NCBI GenBank assembly: GCA_963847185.1
Contig: CAWJYV010000007.1
Span: forward strand, 768,001 to 832,000
Length of the DNA stretch: 64,000 bases
Direction: 5' to 3'
Origin: an uncultured Methanosarcinaceae archaeon
GTDB taxonomy: Archaea > Halobacteriota > Methanosarcinia > Methanosarcinales > Methanosarcinaceae
This document shows, one piece after another, positions 1 to 9,755 of this stretch; within the stretch, counting starts at the first letter, position 1; the number at the start of each line of letters is the position of its first letter. A program made the position numbers and the translations under genes. The notes beneath the pieces are model-generated. The model was not told where the DNA came from. It saw only the letters and a program-made list of their open reading frames with translations, and did no database searches.

Positions 1-214
1 AAAATTTAACTGTTCTATGTGTCTTCTGCTCATCTCCTTTCTTCCAAATATATCTTGGAATGATACTCACTGCCATCTTTAAGGGAGCAAAAAGACTGGC
101 TTTTGAGGAGTTTTCAGGAAGATAAGGGCAAAACAAGGTCTTTACTGAATTTAGGATGTGCTTATAAAATGGAATAAAATATCTATATAAATAAACAGGC
201 TTCTATTATCTTTA

Positions 215-1870
215 ATGCTGGGGAAAACAAAGCGCTATCTTGAGGTTACGAGGGTTCTTTTAAAGTATAACCTTATTCCGGAACTATACCGGGACCTGCG
301 GACTGATTATATTTCAAATCCTGAATGTACCTGCTCTTTTGATCTTGAAAACAGGCAGACAGCTGTAAAACTCAGGCAGGCTTTTGAAGAGCTTGGGCCA
401 ACTTTTATCAAAATGGGGCAGACCATGAGCAAGAGGCCTGACCTTGTTCCCCAGGCTTATGTTATAGAAATGGCAAACCTTCAGGACAAAGTTAAGCCGA
501 TGCCTTTTGAAGAAATGGCCGAATCTCTGGACCTTGCCTGCATCTGTGAATACCAGACGCGGGCAGAGCGCTCCCGGAAGAAAACCCATGAGGAAATTAA
601 GGCTTCAAGGGAGAGAAGGGCAAAGGCCTTCATTGAAATATTTGACAGTTTTGACCCAAATCCGATTGCATGCGGCTCAATTGCCCAGGTTTACAAAGGG
701 GTTATTGAAGGCAAGCCTGTAGCTGTAAAGATTCTGCGCCCAAACCTTATTGATACTATAAATATCGATCTTTCTATTCTGGACGATTTTAAACCTGTTA
801 TGAAAAAAATTCTCGGATTAGAGGGAAACTTCGACATTAATGCTTTTCTCCTGGAAATTCGGGAGATGCTTACCCGGGAAGTTGACCTCAGAATCGAAGC
901 CGTTAATATGCGGCGTTTTGAGGACAATTTTAAAAATGTAAAAAATGTAGCCGTGCCTGAAATTTATGAGGATTACTGCTCTGCCAATGTCCTTACAATG
1001 GAATTCATTGAGGGGACTCAGATCAAAGATATTATTGATATATCTGTGCCGCAGAGCAAGAAATCGGAATATACACGCACAATTACCAAAAGCTACCTTA
1101 AACAGGTCTATATAGACGGCTTTTACCATGCAGATCCCCATGGGGGGAATATGCTGGTTGAAGAAAACGACACCATTGCTTTCATCGATTTTGGGGCTGT
1201 CGGAAGTATCGATGATGAGCTTAAAAAGAATATGCTGGAGTTTTATTACGCTATCAATAACAGGGATGTTGAAGGTGCAACGCAGGCTTTTCTGAGAATC
1301 GGGGATGCGGATGCAAGAGATGTGGATATTCACAGGCTCAGGAAAGATATGGATGAACTGATCGCAAACCAGAACTACGGACTTGAAGGCAGGCAGAGTG
1401 ACAACTACGCCAAACTCGGCCTGAAATATGATATCCGGCTGCCAGGAGAGTTTTCAACCCTGCAAAGGGCAATCCTGCTTATTGAAGGAGTCTGCCTTGA
1501 GCTGGACCCGAGATACAATATCAAAACAATTGCAATTCCGGTATTGGTGGAAGCCTATAAAAAACTAAGTCTTCCAAAAAGGGCTGCCCTTAGTATTGAG
1601 TTTTCTACCGAACCTGTAGATGAAAAAGCCGAGCTGAGGGCTGCAATCAGGGAGGTTGCCGACAAAATGGAAGGAATGGGAGACAAGTTTCTCTCTGTAA
1701 AGCAAAAAAAGGGCAAAGAAACTATTTTCTCAAAGGAGTTCTATCTCGCTGTCCTGCTTATTGTGTCGACTTATATTTTGTTAAATGGAGATTCTTTCTC
1801 CTGGGTCGGATTGATCGGGTTTGCAGGATCCATTCTGATAATCCTTGTTTCTATGATTAAGGTCAAGTAA
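215..1870 (+). CDS. ABC1/UbiB (AarF) family atypical protein kinase with C-terminal membrane anchor
   Basis: LGPTFIKMGQ (KxGQ), GSIAQVY, VAVK, YHADPHGGN and IDFG motifs; two C-terminal hydrophobic helices. Confidence 0.93.
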   Translation: MLGKTKRYLEVTRVLLKYNLIPELYRDLRTDYISNPECTCSFDLENRQTAVKLRQAFEELGPTFIKMGQTMSKRPDLVPQAYVIEMANLQDKVKPMPFEEMAESLDLACICEYQTRAERSRKKTHEEIKASRERRAKAFIEIFDSFDPNPIACGSIAQVYKGVIEGKPVAVKILRPNLIDTINIDLSILDDFKPVMKKILGLEGNFDINAFLLEIREMLTREVDLRIEAVNMRRFEDNFKNVKNVAVPEIYEDYCSANVLTMEFIEGTQIKDIIDISVPQSKKSEYTRTITKSYLKQVYIDGFYHADPHGGNMLVEENDTIAFIDFGAVGSIDDELKKNMLEFYYAINNRDVEGATQAFLRIGDADARDVDIHRLRKDMDELIANQNYGLEGRQSDNYAKLGLKYDIRLPGEFSTLQRAILLIEGVCLELDPRYNIKTIAIPVLVEAYKKLSLPKRAALSIEFSTEPVDEKAELRAAIREVADKMEGMGDKFLSVKQKKGKETIFSKEFYLAVLLIVSTYILLNGDSFSWVGLIGFAGSILIILVSMIKVK

Positions 1871-2025
1871 TAAATGATTAAAATAACTTCTAAAATGAGC
1901 TCTATTGCAGGTATAGCATATTCTTCCTCTAACTGCAAATTGCTCAATAACGAAAACCAGTGGGCAGTGTGCCTAAATTTCTGTAAAATTCTCTATATCC
2001 TTTTTACTCTTCTTTTTTGTACTGC

Positions 2026-2141
2026 AGGACTTACGCGGTTGAACTGAATAATCAACAGCCTCAAACCTTCAACTGTCTAAAGTATCGATTTATTAGTGAT
2101 TTCTATTGATCTTGATTTTGAACCTCAAGTGCGTAAGTCCT
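2026..2141. mobile_element. MITE, ~117-bp AGGACTTACGC-terminal family (copy 1)
   Basis: Terminal inverted repeats AGGACTTACGC...GCGTAAGTCCT; internal sequence aligns with copies at 19337 (inverted) and 62694. Confidence 0.85.
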
Positions 2142-2163
2142 ATAACACATACTTTTCTCCAAA

Positions 2164-2979
2164 TTAGGTTCCTATCTGGACGGGACTTAGAATTTTTTTC
2201 AGGGTTGAGATTGCAGAAAGGGCAGCAAGATAGCTGGTTTTGGGGTTTTCGGGAGAAGGGAGATTTTCTACTTTTGTGGTAAATTTGCCGAATTCCCCTT
2301 CTACAGTGACTTCATGCACATTTCTGGAAAGAGTAGGGTCGGCAATAACTCTCACCATTGTTTTCTCAAAGCCTATACCTGCAAGGCTTATTGTGGCTGC
2401 TACGTTTACATTTGCAGGAAAGGCTTTGACAGCTTTTGAGGCAGGGCCTTCAAAGAGAAGGGTTTCGTTTTCGATTTTTTCAAGTTCAATTCCCATATTT
2501 ACAACATGCGGAGCTCCTACAAGCCCTGAAGGAGGTTTTCTGGTAGTAAGGGTAACTGACGAAATTCCAGCAGCTGATGCAGAGTTTATTCCATCTATAC
2601 CAACAACGGCACCCGAAGGGAAATAGAGCTTGCAGTTATTCTGCTTTGCAAGGCCGAAAAGCCTTTCTCTGAGTTCTTCGTCAGCAAGAGCCCCTACACT
2701 GAGAACCATAACATCACACCCTGCTTCAAGGGCTTGAGGCACGATGAACCTGACAGCGTTTTGAGAAGCACTTTCTATAACAAGATCTACACTGTTTAAT
2801 AGTTCCTCAATCTTCATATATGCAGGATTGCACTTTTTCAGAGAGGCTGCAAGTTCAAGAGCTTTGCTCTCGGAAGAATCACATAAAGCATGCAGCTCCG
2901 CATTAACAGTATCGGCATCAATAGCCCTGCAAATCTGTCCACCAATAAATCCGCAACCAATAATTCCTATTTTCAGCGT
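2164..2979 (-). CDS. nadX: L-aspartate dehydrogenase (NAD biosynthesis)
   Basis: GCGFIG Rossmann motif, ESASQ, PSGAVVGIDG, NVNVAA, NPKTS. Start placed at ACG 2979 (SD AGGAG, N-terminus xLKIGIIGCG, 271 aa); alternative TTG at 3003. Confidence 0.93.
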   Translation of the reverse strand, partial: TLKIGIIGCGFIGGQICRAIDADTVNAELHALCDSSESKALELAASLKKCNPAYMKIEELLNSVDLVIESASQNAVRFIVPQALEAGCDVMVLSVGALADEELRERLFGLAKQNNCKLYFPSGAVVGIDGINSASAAGISSVTLTTRKPPSGLVGAPHVVNMGIELEKIENETLLFEGPASKAVKAFPANVNVAATISLAGIGFEKTMVRVIADPTLSRNVHEVTVEGEFGKFTTKVENLPSPENPKTSYLAALSAISTLKKILSPVQIGT

Positions 2980-3219
2980 TCCAGGCTCCTGATAAATAAT
3001 CAATAAATTTTGATCTTTAGATTTGAGTACCCTGCATTATCAACTCGAGGGCCGGGATACTGTATTCCTTTCCCTCTCTTAAAACCTTCTGTTGTTGAAC
3101 ATCTCTTATTTATTAGTAAAAGTTTCTCTTACCCTTTGTTTCACTCACAGTAAGATATCCAGGAAAAAATGCCGTACCTCTTATAAATCCGGGAGACATT
3201 AAATAGCAGGGTAAAAATC

Positions 3220-4059
3220 ATGCTCATTAAAGAGATCGAAAATTTTATAGAAGAAGATCTGGGGTACGATGATGTTTCGTGTACTATTGTGCCTGACAGA
3301 TCTGCAGAAGCCATCATTTTCACAAAAGAGAACTGTATAATTGCCGGGCTTAAAGAAGCCGATTCAATTTTTTGCTATCTTGGAGTTCAGGCTGAAACCA
3401 CTCTTAAAGATGGAGATTGCCTCAAAGAAGGAGATATAATTTTCAGGTTAAAAGGAGGAGCTGTATCGATTCTTAGAGCAGAAAGGCTTACCCTGAACTT
3501 TCTCGGGCACCTTAGCGGAATTTCAACCCTTACCCGGACCTGCGTGGATATAGTAAGGAGACATTCGGAAACTATGAGAGTAGCATGTACCAGAAAAACC
3601 ACACCAGGCATAAGGAAATTCGAAAAACTGGCTGTAGCTGCAGGCGGAGGGGACACACACAGGTTCAACCTTTCAGATTCTGTCATGATTAAAGACAACC
3701 ACATTAAACTGATGGGAATAGAAGCTGCAATCAAGGAAGCTAAAAAAACTAGCTTTACCCGAAAAATAGAGGTTGAAGTTGAATCCGCAGAAGATGCCGT
3801 ATTTGCTGCAAAACTCGGAGCTGACATTATCATGCTGGATAACATGCAGCCTGAAACCATCAGAAAGACCCTTGGAATGATTAAAGAAAAAGGATTCAGG
3901 GACTCGGTTATCATTGAAGCGTCAGGAGGAATTTCTCAGGCAAATCTTGAAGCTTATGCGAAAACCGGGGTAGACGTCATATCAATGGGATCTCTTATCC
4001 ATAAATCGAGTTGGATAGACGTTAGCCTTGAAATAGTCAATCAAAATACAGAAAAATAG
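3220..4059 (+). CDS. nadC: Quinolinate phosphoribosyltransferase (nicotinate-nucleotide pyrophosphorylase)
   Basis: AERLTLN, TRKTTPG, HRFNLSD, IKDNH, EVEV, MLDN, EASGGI motifs. Confidence 0.96.
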   Translation: MLIKEIENFIEEDLGYDDVSCTIVPDRSAEAIIFTKENCIIAGLKEADSIFCYLGVQAETTLKDGDCLKEGDIIFRLKGGAVSILRAERLTLNFLGHLSGISTLTRTCVDIVRRHSETMRVACTRKTTPGIRKFEKLAVAAGGGDTHRFNLSDSVMIKDNHIKLMGIEAAIKEAKKTSFTRKIEVEVESAEDAVFAAKLGADIIMLDNMQPETIRKTLGMIKEKGFRDSVIIEASGGISQANLEAYAKTGVDVISMGSLIHKSSWIDVSLEIVNQNTEK

Positions 4060-4142
4060 CTGTGAAACTTATTTTCTAATTTTTTAACTATCTCTTAATC
4101 CAGAAGGAAAGAATAAAAATAGCAATTTTTAAAAATAATCTG

Positions 4143-4175
4143 AGGTACGGTTTTGCAGAAAAAGCAAAACCGACC
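4143..4175. terminator. Hairpin between convergent nadC and rps15
   Basis: CGGTTTTGC-agaaaaa-GCAAAACCG inverted repeat just downstream of the rps15 stop. Confidence 0.45.
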
Positions 4176-4193
4176 AAAAATAGATTCCCAGGC

Positions 4194-4790
<597 letters not shown>

Positions 4791-4970
4791 CAGGAATTCC
4801 TGTAAAAGCATGAGTTTTTCGGTAAAAACATGACTAGAGAGCGCACCATATAATATATACTTTTTGTTGGGGAAAAATTATCGAGCCTCCATCCATGCCG
4901 AAAAAACCAGGTCATAGCGGCCTAACGAGGAAAAGCTAAGTTTTGTATGTGAAAAACCAAAGATTGTATA

Positions 4971-6206
4971 TTATGAAGATTTCCACAGGCTCAAGACTAT
5001 TCTTGCTCCCCCGGGATTTATTTTCCTGTAAATAGAATCAATGAACAAATCCCGAAAGGCCTGAGCTTCCGAGAAGTCTTCGGTTTCCGCAATGGAACGG
5101 ACAGTTTCGCCAATCTCACCTGAACACTCAACTTCAAGCCGTGCCCTTATATCATTTTTAATAAAGACCTCAAGCTGATTTTTAAGCAGGGAAAGATCAT
5201 CTGTGGATGAATTTTCAGGTAAAGCTCCGAGATCAAGCGGGAATCCCGTATCAAGCACATCCCGGTAATATACCACAAATGCTTCCTCCGCAGAAGGAGA
5301 ATTCTCTCCAGAATTTTCGGAAACCCCATACATCAGAGTCTGAAGAGACTCGTCAGAATCTTTCCCAAAAACCGTCCCGGAATAATCCGAGGGAAAAAGG
5401 ACTTCAACAACTACTTCTGCCCCTTCCTGAGCGGCAGTGTCAAGAGTATCATTGAAAACCTGAGATAGCAACCTTGAAGCTTCATCATCTGAAGAGTTAA
5501 GGGAAGTCTCAAGCACGGAATCATTGACACAGGCAAAAAGAGTATTTCTTGAAGGAGAATTTGCATAAAGAGGCATAGATAGTTTTGTACTTTGCCTTAA
5601 TGCATTTGCAGGAGGCTCTTCTCCTATAATAAGCTCGCTTCTCATAGGAAAAACATCTACAGGCTGCCAGTATGCTTCAAACCTGTAAGAGAACCTCCCT
5701 GCAACTCTATGGTCCAGATAAGCAGAAATGGACTCCGAATCCTTCAGAGAATAATCTGCAGCAAGAGGATTTAGAGAAAAGGAATTGCCATCAGGTGAAA
5801 CGTCATATAAGACAAGAGAAAGGGCCAGATATTCGGCTACAAGATCAGCAAAAGTCCTGTGTTTCTGTTCTTTAGTAAAAAGGGTATGAGAAGGGTTTTC
5901 CACAACTGAATTTTCAGATGCAGACATATTGAGCGCAGACAGAGGCGAAATTTCATATTCAAAGTTCTCAAGTTTGCAGGAAAGAAGGGATTCAAGCATG
6001 CAGGTGTCAAGTTCAGATGAAGTGACATATCCTGCCGCAGAGTACTGTTTTTCGGCCTGCATAGGAGACATGAGCAGGACACCTGCAAGCGAGATCAATA
6101 CAAGCAAAAAAAGGGCATCTAAAACCGTGGAATAACCCGAAAACTCTGCAATCAGATTTTTTTGCCGTCTTTTTCTTATTTCTCCCCCTTTTTTCCTGCA
6201 TGCCGT
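4971..6206 (-). CDS. Large pilin-like membrane-anchored protein (putative T4P minor pilin/accessory)
   Basis: Frame open from ACG 6206 (5 nt after SD GGAGGTGA, preceded by in-frame TAA) to TAA 4971, 411 aa; N-terminal SG|YSTVLDALFLLVLISLAGVLL segment. First canonical start (TTG 6107) lies inside the hydrophobic helix. Confidence 0.7.
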   Translation of the reverse strand, partial: TACRKKGGEIRKRRQKNLIAEFSGYSTVLDALFLLVLISLAGVLLMSPMQAEKQYSAAGYVTSSELDTCMLESLLSCKLENFEYEISPLSALNMSASENSVVENPSHTLFTKEQKHRTFADLVAEYLALSLVLYDVSPDGNSFSLNPLAADYSLKDSESISAYLDHRVAGRFSYRFEAYWQPVDVFPMRSELIIGEEPPANALRQSTKLSMPLYANSPSRNTLFACVNDSVLETSLNSSDDEASRLLSQVFNDTLDTAAQEGAEVVVEVLFPSDYSGTVFGKDSDESLQTLMYGVSENSGENSPSAEEAFVVYYRDVLDTGFPLDLGALPENSSTDDLSLLKNQLEVFIKNDIRARLEVECSGEIGETVRSIAETEDFSEAQAFRDLFIDSIYRKINPGGARIVLSLWKSS

Positions 6207-6211
6207 TTATC

Positions 6212-6979
6212 TCACCTCCACAAAGTCTTATAAAGCACAACAGTAAGGGTTCCCGGAACGGATTCCGCAGGATTCAATTCGATTACTACAGGCATGGATG
6301 CTGCAATTTTTTCCCTGCCCTCAATAAAAGAGTCAGATTCGGAATTATCCGGTACTATCTTCCACTGCCATTTCCCATCCCAGGTCCGAACCTCAACCAG
6401 AAACAAATAATTTCCGGAAAAAGACGCAAAGAACTTTTCTCTTTCTTTAATTCCTGAAGGCCCGGACAGCTTATCAAGGGAAGATGCCGAAATCAGATTA
6501 GAACTCTCAGCTTTGAGGGCAGGAGAAGATTCGAGAGTTTCTGCAAGAAGAGAAGCACTTTCGTAGTTCTCCAGGGCGAAAGAACGGGCTTCATACCCCA
6601 GATATGCATGAGACATAATAGCCGCAAAAACTACAAAACCTATCACTGCAAGAGCTGTGGAGAGAATATCAGCCTGAGGCTCAAGGACTCCCCTTTCATC
6701 CCTGAACATGGATTTACAGGTTGTTTTTACCGATTTTGGAAAAAACGACCTTGTGACAACTGATGTGGTGCCAACTGAGTTTGTGAAAAGTGGTTGTGTG
6801 AAAGATGACTGTGTGAAGGGTGATTGTACGAAAAGTAGTTGCGTGAAAGGTGATTGTGTGAAAAGTGATTGTGTGGCAGCGTGTTTTATGACAAAAGATT
6901 TTGTAACAACCGATTTATCGGCAATTCTGCAAAAATCACTGATAAACAAGGACACAGCCAAAAGTAAAACCCTCCTCAT
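6212..6979 (-). CDS. Pilin-like protein with class III-type signal and possible repeat-containing N-terminal extension
   Basis: FRDERG|VLEPQADILSTALAVIGFVVFAAIM; start uncertain (ATG 6979, TTG ~6961 after GAGGAGG, or the ATG of MFRDERG ~6709). Confidence 0.7.
   Translation of the reverse strand: MRRVLLLAVSLFISDFCRIADKSVVTKSFVIKHAATQSLFTQSPFTQLLFVQSPFTQSSFTQPLFTNSVGTTSVVTRSFFPKSVKTTCKSMFRDERGVLEPQADILSTALAVIGFVVFAAIMSHAYLGYEARSFALENYESASLLAETLESSPALKAESSNLISASSLDKLSGPSGIKEREKFFASFSGNYLFLVEVRTWDGKWQWKIVPDNSESDSFIEGREKIAASMPVVIELNPAESVPGTLTVVLYKTLWR
6785..6874 (-). repeat. Six degenerate 15-bp tandem repeats (ACACAATCACYTTTC)
   Basis: Encode TQSLF-TQSPF-TQLLF-VQSPF-TQSSF-TQPLF in frame. Confidence 0.85.
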
Positions 6980-7601
6980 TGCTATTTATGTAAATATCCT
7001 CTTTTTTTACTGAGATATCTTCTTCAGGGTCCAGGATTACCTCCTGAGTTCCAAGATTCTGCACAAAAGTTAAAAATTCGTTGTAATCAGCTGTAAGAGG
7101 AGATGCTTCACTGCCTTCGGTCCCAAACCGTGTGCGAAGTTTGTCCTGAAGTTCAGGTTCACTGAAGGGTAAAACTCTGAAAGTAAAAGGACTTACAGCC
7201 CTGAAGGGTTTTCCACAGTATTCGGCTTCCAGACAGACGTATTCTCCCGAAACAAGAACTTTTACCTCCTCCCTGAAAGGTAGAGCCTGAAAAATCTCTT
7301 TATCATTATAACGATAATAGTAAGTTTCCTGAGAGCCAAAAGACTGCTGAGAGCCTGAAGTTTCCTGATAACCAGAAAATTTGGTTGGGAAATTTTCCTG
7401 AAGATTCTTCATTCCTGCTTCATCTACTCTGGTTTTGAAATCCTGGGCGAGATAATCAAGCTGTTCCTGTGTCTCAAGATCCTTAAAATCCGTGGCAAGA
7501 TGAAAAAGGCCTGCAAAAATGACGATGCTTGCGAGAATCAGGGCTGCTTTACAGATAAGAAAATCAGCCCATGCCGAATCGTCTTCAGTAAAGTCTTTCA
7601 A
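6936..7601 (-). CDS. Pilin-like protein with class III-type signal
   Basis: MKDFTEDDSA|WADFLICKAALILASIVIFAGLF; TTG start after GGAG. Confidence 0.72.
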   Translation of the reverse strand: MKDFTEDDSAWADFLICKAALILASIVIFAGLFHLATDFKDLETQEQLDYLAQDFKTRVDEAGMKNLQENFPTKFSGYQETSGSQQSFGSQETYYYRYNDKEIFQALPFREEVKVLVSGEYVCLEAEYCGKPFRAVSPFTFRVLPFSEPELQDKLRTRFGTEGSEASPLTADYNEFLTFVQNLGTQEVILDPEEDISVKKEDIYINSNEEGFTFGCVLVYQ

Positions 7602-7658
7602 ATCATCATACTCCGTGAACAGAATAAATTTCTTAATTCTAACTAAAATAAGTTTTCT

Positions 7659-8162
7659 TCAAATTCCTTTATCGGAAATCAGTACGAAAAGTCTGCCAGA
7701 ATCTGCTTCTGTTTTTGTGGATAGAGTCAGCCTGTGCCTGCCGGAACCAAGAGAGATGGGACCGTTGATTTCAGGATTTGAAAATAAAGCAGATGAAGAA
7801 TAAAACTTACTTTTTCCCTCTATATGAATGCAGTAATTATTAGCATCTGCAGGCCACTTATTCTGACACCCCGGAAGATTCCCGAAATCCACTGTTACTC
7901 CTTCAGGAACTCTAAGCTCCAGACAAATTTCACTGCCTTCTCCCCTTATAGAGAGCTGCTCAGCTGCAACCTTAAGTTTTGAGACCTCATCAAGGATTTC
8001 TTTTTCCTTTACCCCATCCAGAAAATCATAAACAGAAATTGAAGAAAGTAATAATAGTGAAGCAAAAAGGATGCCTGAGACTGTAAGCCTGAAAGGGAGC
8101 GCACAAACTGCGGACTCGTCGGTTTCAACCCAGCGGACAGAAATTTGACCTTTATTTCCCGT
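7659..8162 (-). CDS. Pilin-like protein (167 aa); ORF track captured only its last 77 aa
   Basis: Frame open from ACG 8162 (SD GGGGGT + 6 nt, in-frame TAA upstream): xGNKGQISVRWVETDESA|VCALPFRLTVSGILFASLLLLSSISVYDFLDGVKEKEILDEVSKLKVAAEQLSIRGEGS... Confidence 0.72.
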   Translation of the reverse strand, partial: TGNKGQISVRWVETDESAVCALPFRLTVSGILFASLLLLSSISVYDFLDGVKEKEILDEVSKLKVAAEQLSIRGEGSEICLELRVPEGVTVDFGNLPGCQNKWPADANNYCIHIEGKSKFYSSSALFSNPEINGPISLGSGRHRLTLSTKTEADSGRLFVLISDKGI

Positions 8163-8903
8163 GAATTAACCCCCAATAAATTAAAGAACAATTTGTAATT
8201 AATAAATAAGTTTACACAGTTGGCATATAAAAGCTTGCTCTATCGGTTAAAGATTGCTGTGTGTTTTTGTACAGTCATTACAAAGACCATACGCACGAAA
8301 ATGACAAATACAAAAATAGTTATCAAAAGAATTGATTCCTTGGATGTTGACTTTACTCTTAATTTTAATTAATTAGGGTCACCTAACATCTAAAAAATGA
8401 AGAAATTGAGATTAACAATATCAACAATTAACCTTCAAGAGTTAAAAACGTTATTCAAGGAGTGGATGTATAATAAGCTCAATAAGCTCACTTTTTAATA
8501 TCCTTCTCTATAAAAACCAGAACTATATAATTAATTTCATTAAAACTTACTTAGATATACCAGATTGAAAAACAAATGAAAAAGTGCATAAGCAAACAGT
8601 ACACATTCAAACGCTGATATAAGAGAACAATAGGTTAAACATTAAACTGCTTCTGGAAAATACAGAAGGTAGTAAGCCGTGGTAGAAGTTTTGATAATCT
8701 TATCTCTTTCAAATAAAACAAAAAAAACTGAGTCACAAAAAAATCCTTTCTGGAATAGATTGTCACTAAAAACAGCCCTTTGAGTAGAAGTTAGGCCGTC
8801 TGGGCTTTAAAATATGAAAAACTGGAGAGAAGCTCAAAGCGAAATTGATTTCAGGATATAAACAGTTATACATGCAAATAAAAAAGAGAGTGCTGCAAGG
8901 AAT

Positions 8904-9042
8904 AAATATCAGAAAAAAAGATTATCATTGAGTAAAACTATGAACTCAAAATATCCGAAAAAAAGATTATCATTGAGTAAAACTATGAACTCAAAATATC
9001 CGAAAAAAAGATTATCATTGAGTAAGGACTATGAACTCAAAA
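8904..9042 (+). repeat. Three tandem 45/46-bp repeats containing the start region of the downstream gene
   Basis: Unit AAATATCCGAAAAAAAGATTATCATTGAGTAAAACTATGAACTCA; ATGs at 8940, 8985 and 9031. Confidence 0.92.
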
Positions 9043-9507
9043 CCGATAATTGTAATTGCCCTTATCATCTCAGCTGTTCTATTGGCTGTAAGAATATCTC
9101 CAGCAATGAATTATGAGCAATATAGGGAAGGAAAGTATATCCATATTGATAACATGATAATAGAGTTTAGTAAAGTAAACGCGACTGTTGATGTCGAATA
9201 TCATCTCTCCCCCTTCGCCAGGGCGTATATATTCTTCTTTGGCAGCAAGAATCTGGAGCCAAAAATAAAGGAGATCTTTTCCGAATTTCCGGAAGTAAAG
9301 ATACAGAATATAGGACTTAACAGTGCTACACTGCAGATAACAAATATTTCCAGGAAAAATGATCAAGACTATATGCATGAATCCACAAAATTAGGGCTGC
9401 AGCCAGATGTTCTTACTATTGTTTATCCCTATAATCTAGGCACCAGGAAACTGGAGAATCCAGATTCAACTTTGAGTGTTTTTTATCCAGTCCATCCTGA
9501 AAATTAG
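9031..9507 (+). CDS. Hypothetical secreted or membrane-anchored protein
   Basis: 158 aa with N-terminal hydrophobic segment; SD-like AAGGA in the third repeat. Confidence 0.75.
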   Translation: MNSKPIIVIALIISAVLLAVRISPAMNYEQYREGKYIHIDNMIIEFSKVNATVDVEYHLSPFARAYIFFFGSKNLEPKIKEIFSEFPEVKIQNIGLNSATLQITNISRKNDQDYMHESTKLGLQPDVLTIVYPYNLGTRKLENPDSTLSVFYPVHPEN

Positions 9508-9755
9508 AATAATATCACCAAAAAAATCAAATGATTAATTGAACCTCAGAATATAAACATGGTCTGAAATCTGTAAAGAATTGACCACAAACACCACATT
9601 CCTATTGATCAATAACTCTGGGATACGACCCGAAATATAAAATTAAGAAAATAGGATTATTTGGTCTTGGAGTAAGTGAGGAATAAAAGGTAAATTCCTC
9701 ACTTTAAACTTAAATTTATTCGCTAGAATTGTAAAGGAACCAGGATTTTTTTCCG

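Noticed and set aside
6013-6240. 75-aa ORF including ATG 6201
   Set aside because: Out of frame with the conserved pilin-like sequence; kept only as the alternative frameshift explanation for the 4971 gene
6708-7013. Plus-strand ORF with CVKxD repeats suggesting a Cys-rich protein
   Set aside because: Antisense reading of the 15-bp repeat inside a minus-strand operon; no convincing SD
8904-9042. Possible CRISPR array
   Set aside because: The units are contiguous with no unique spacers, and there are no cas genes in the window
8928-9116. 62-aa ORF MSKTMNSKYPKK...
   Set aside because: By-product of the 45-bp tandem repeat; overlaps the real gene out of frame
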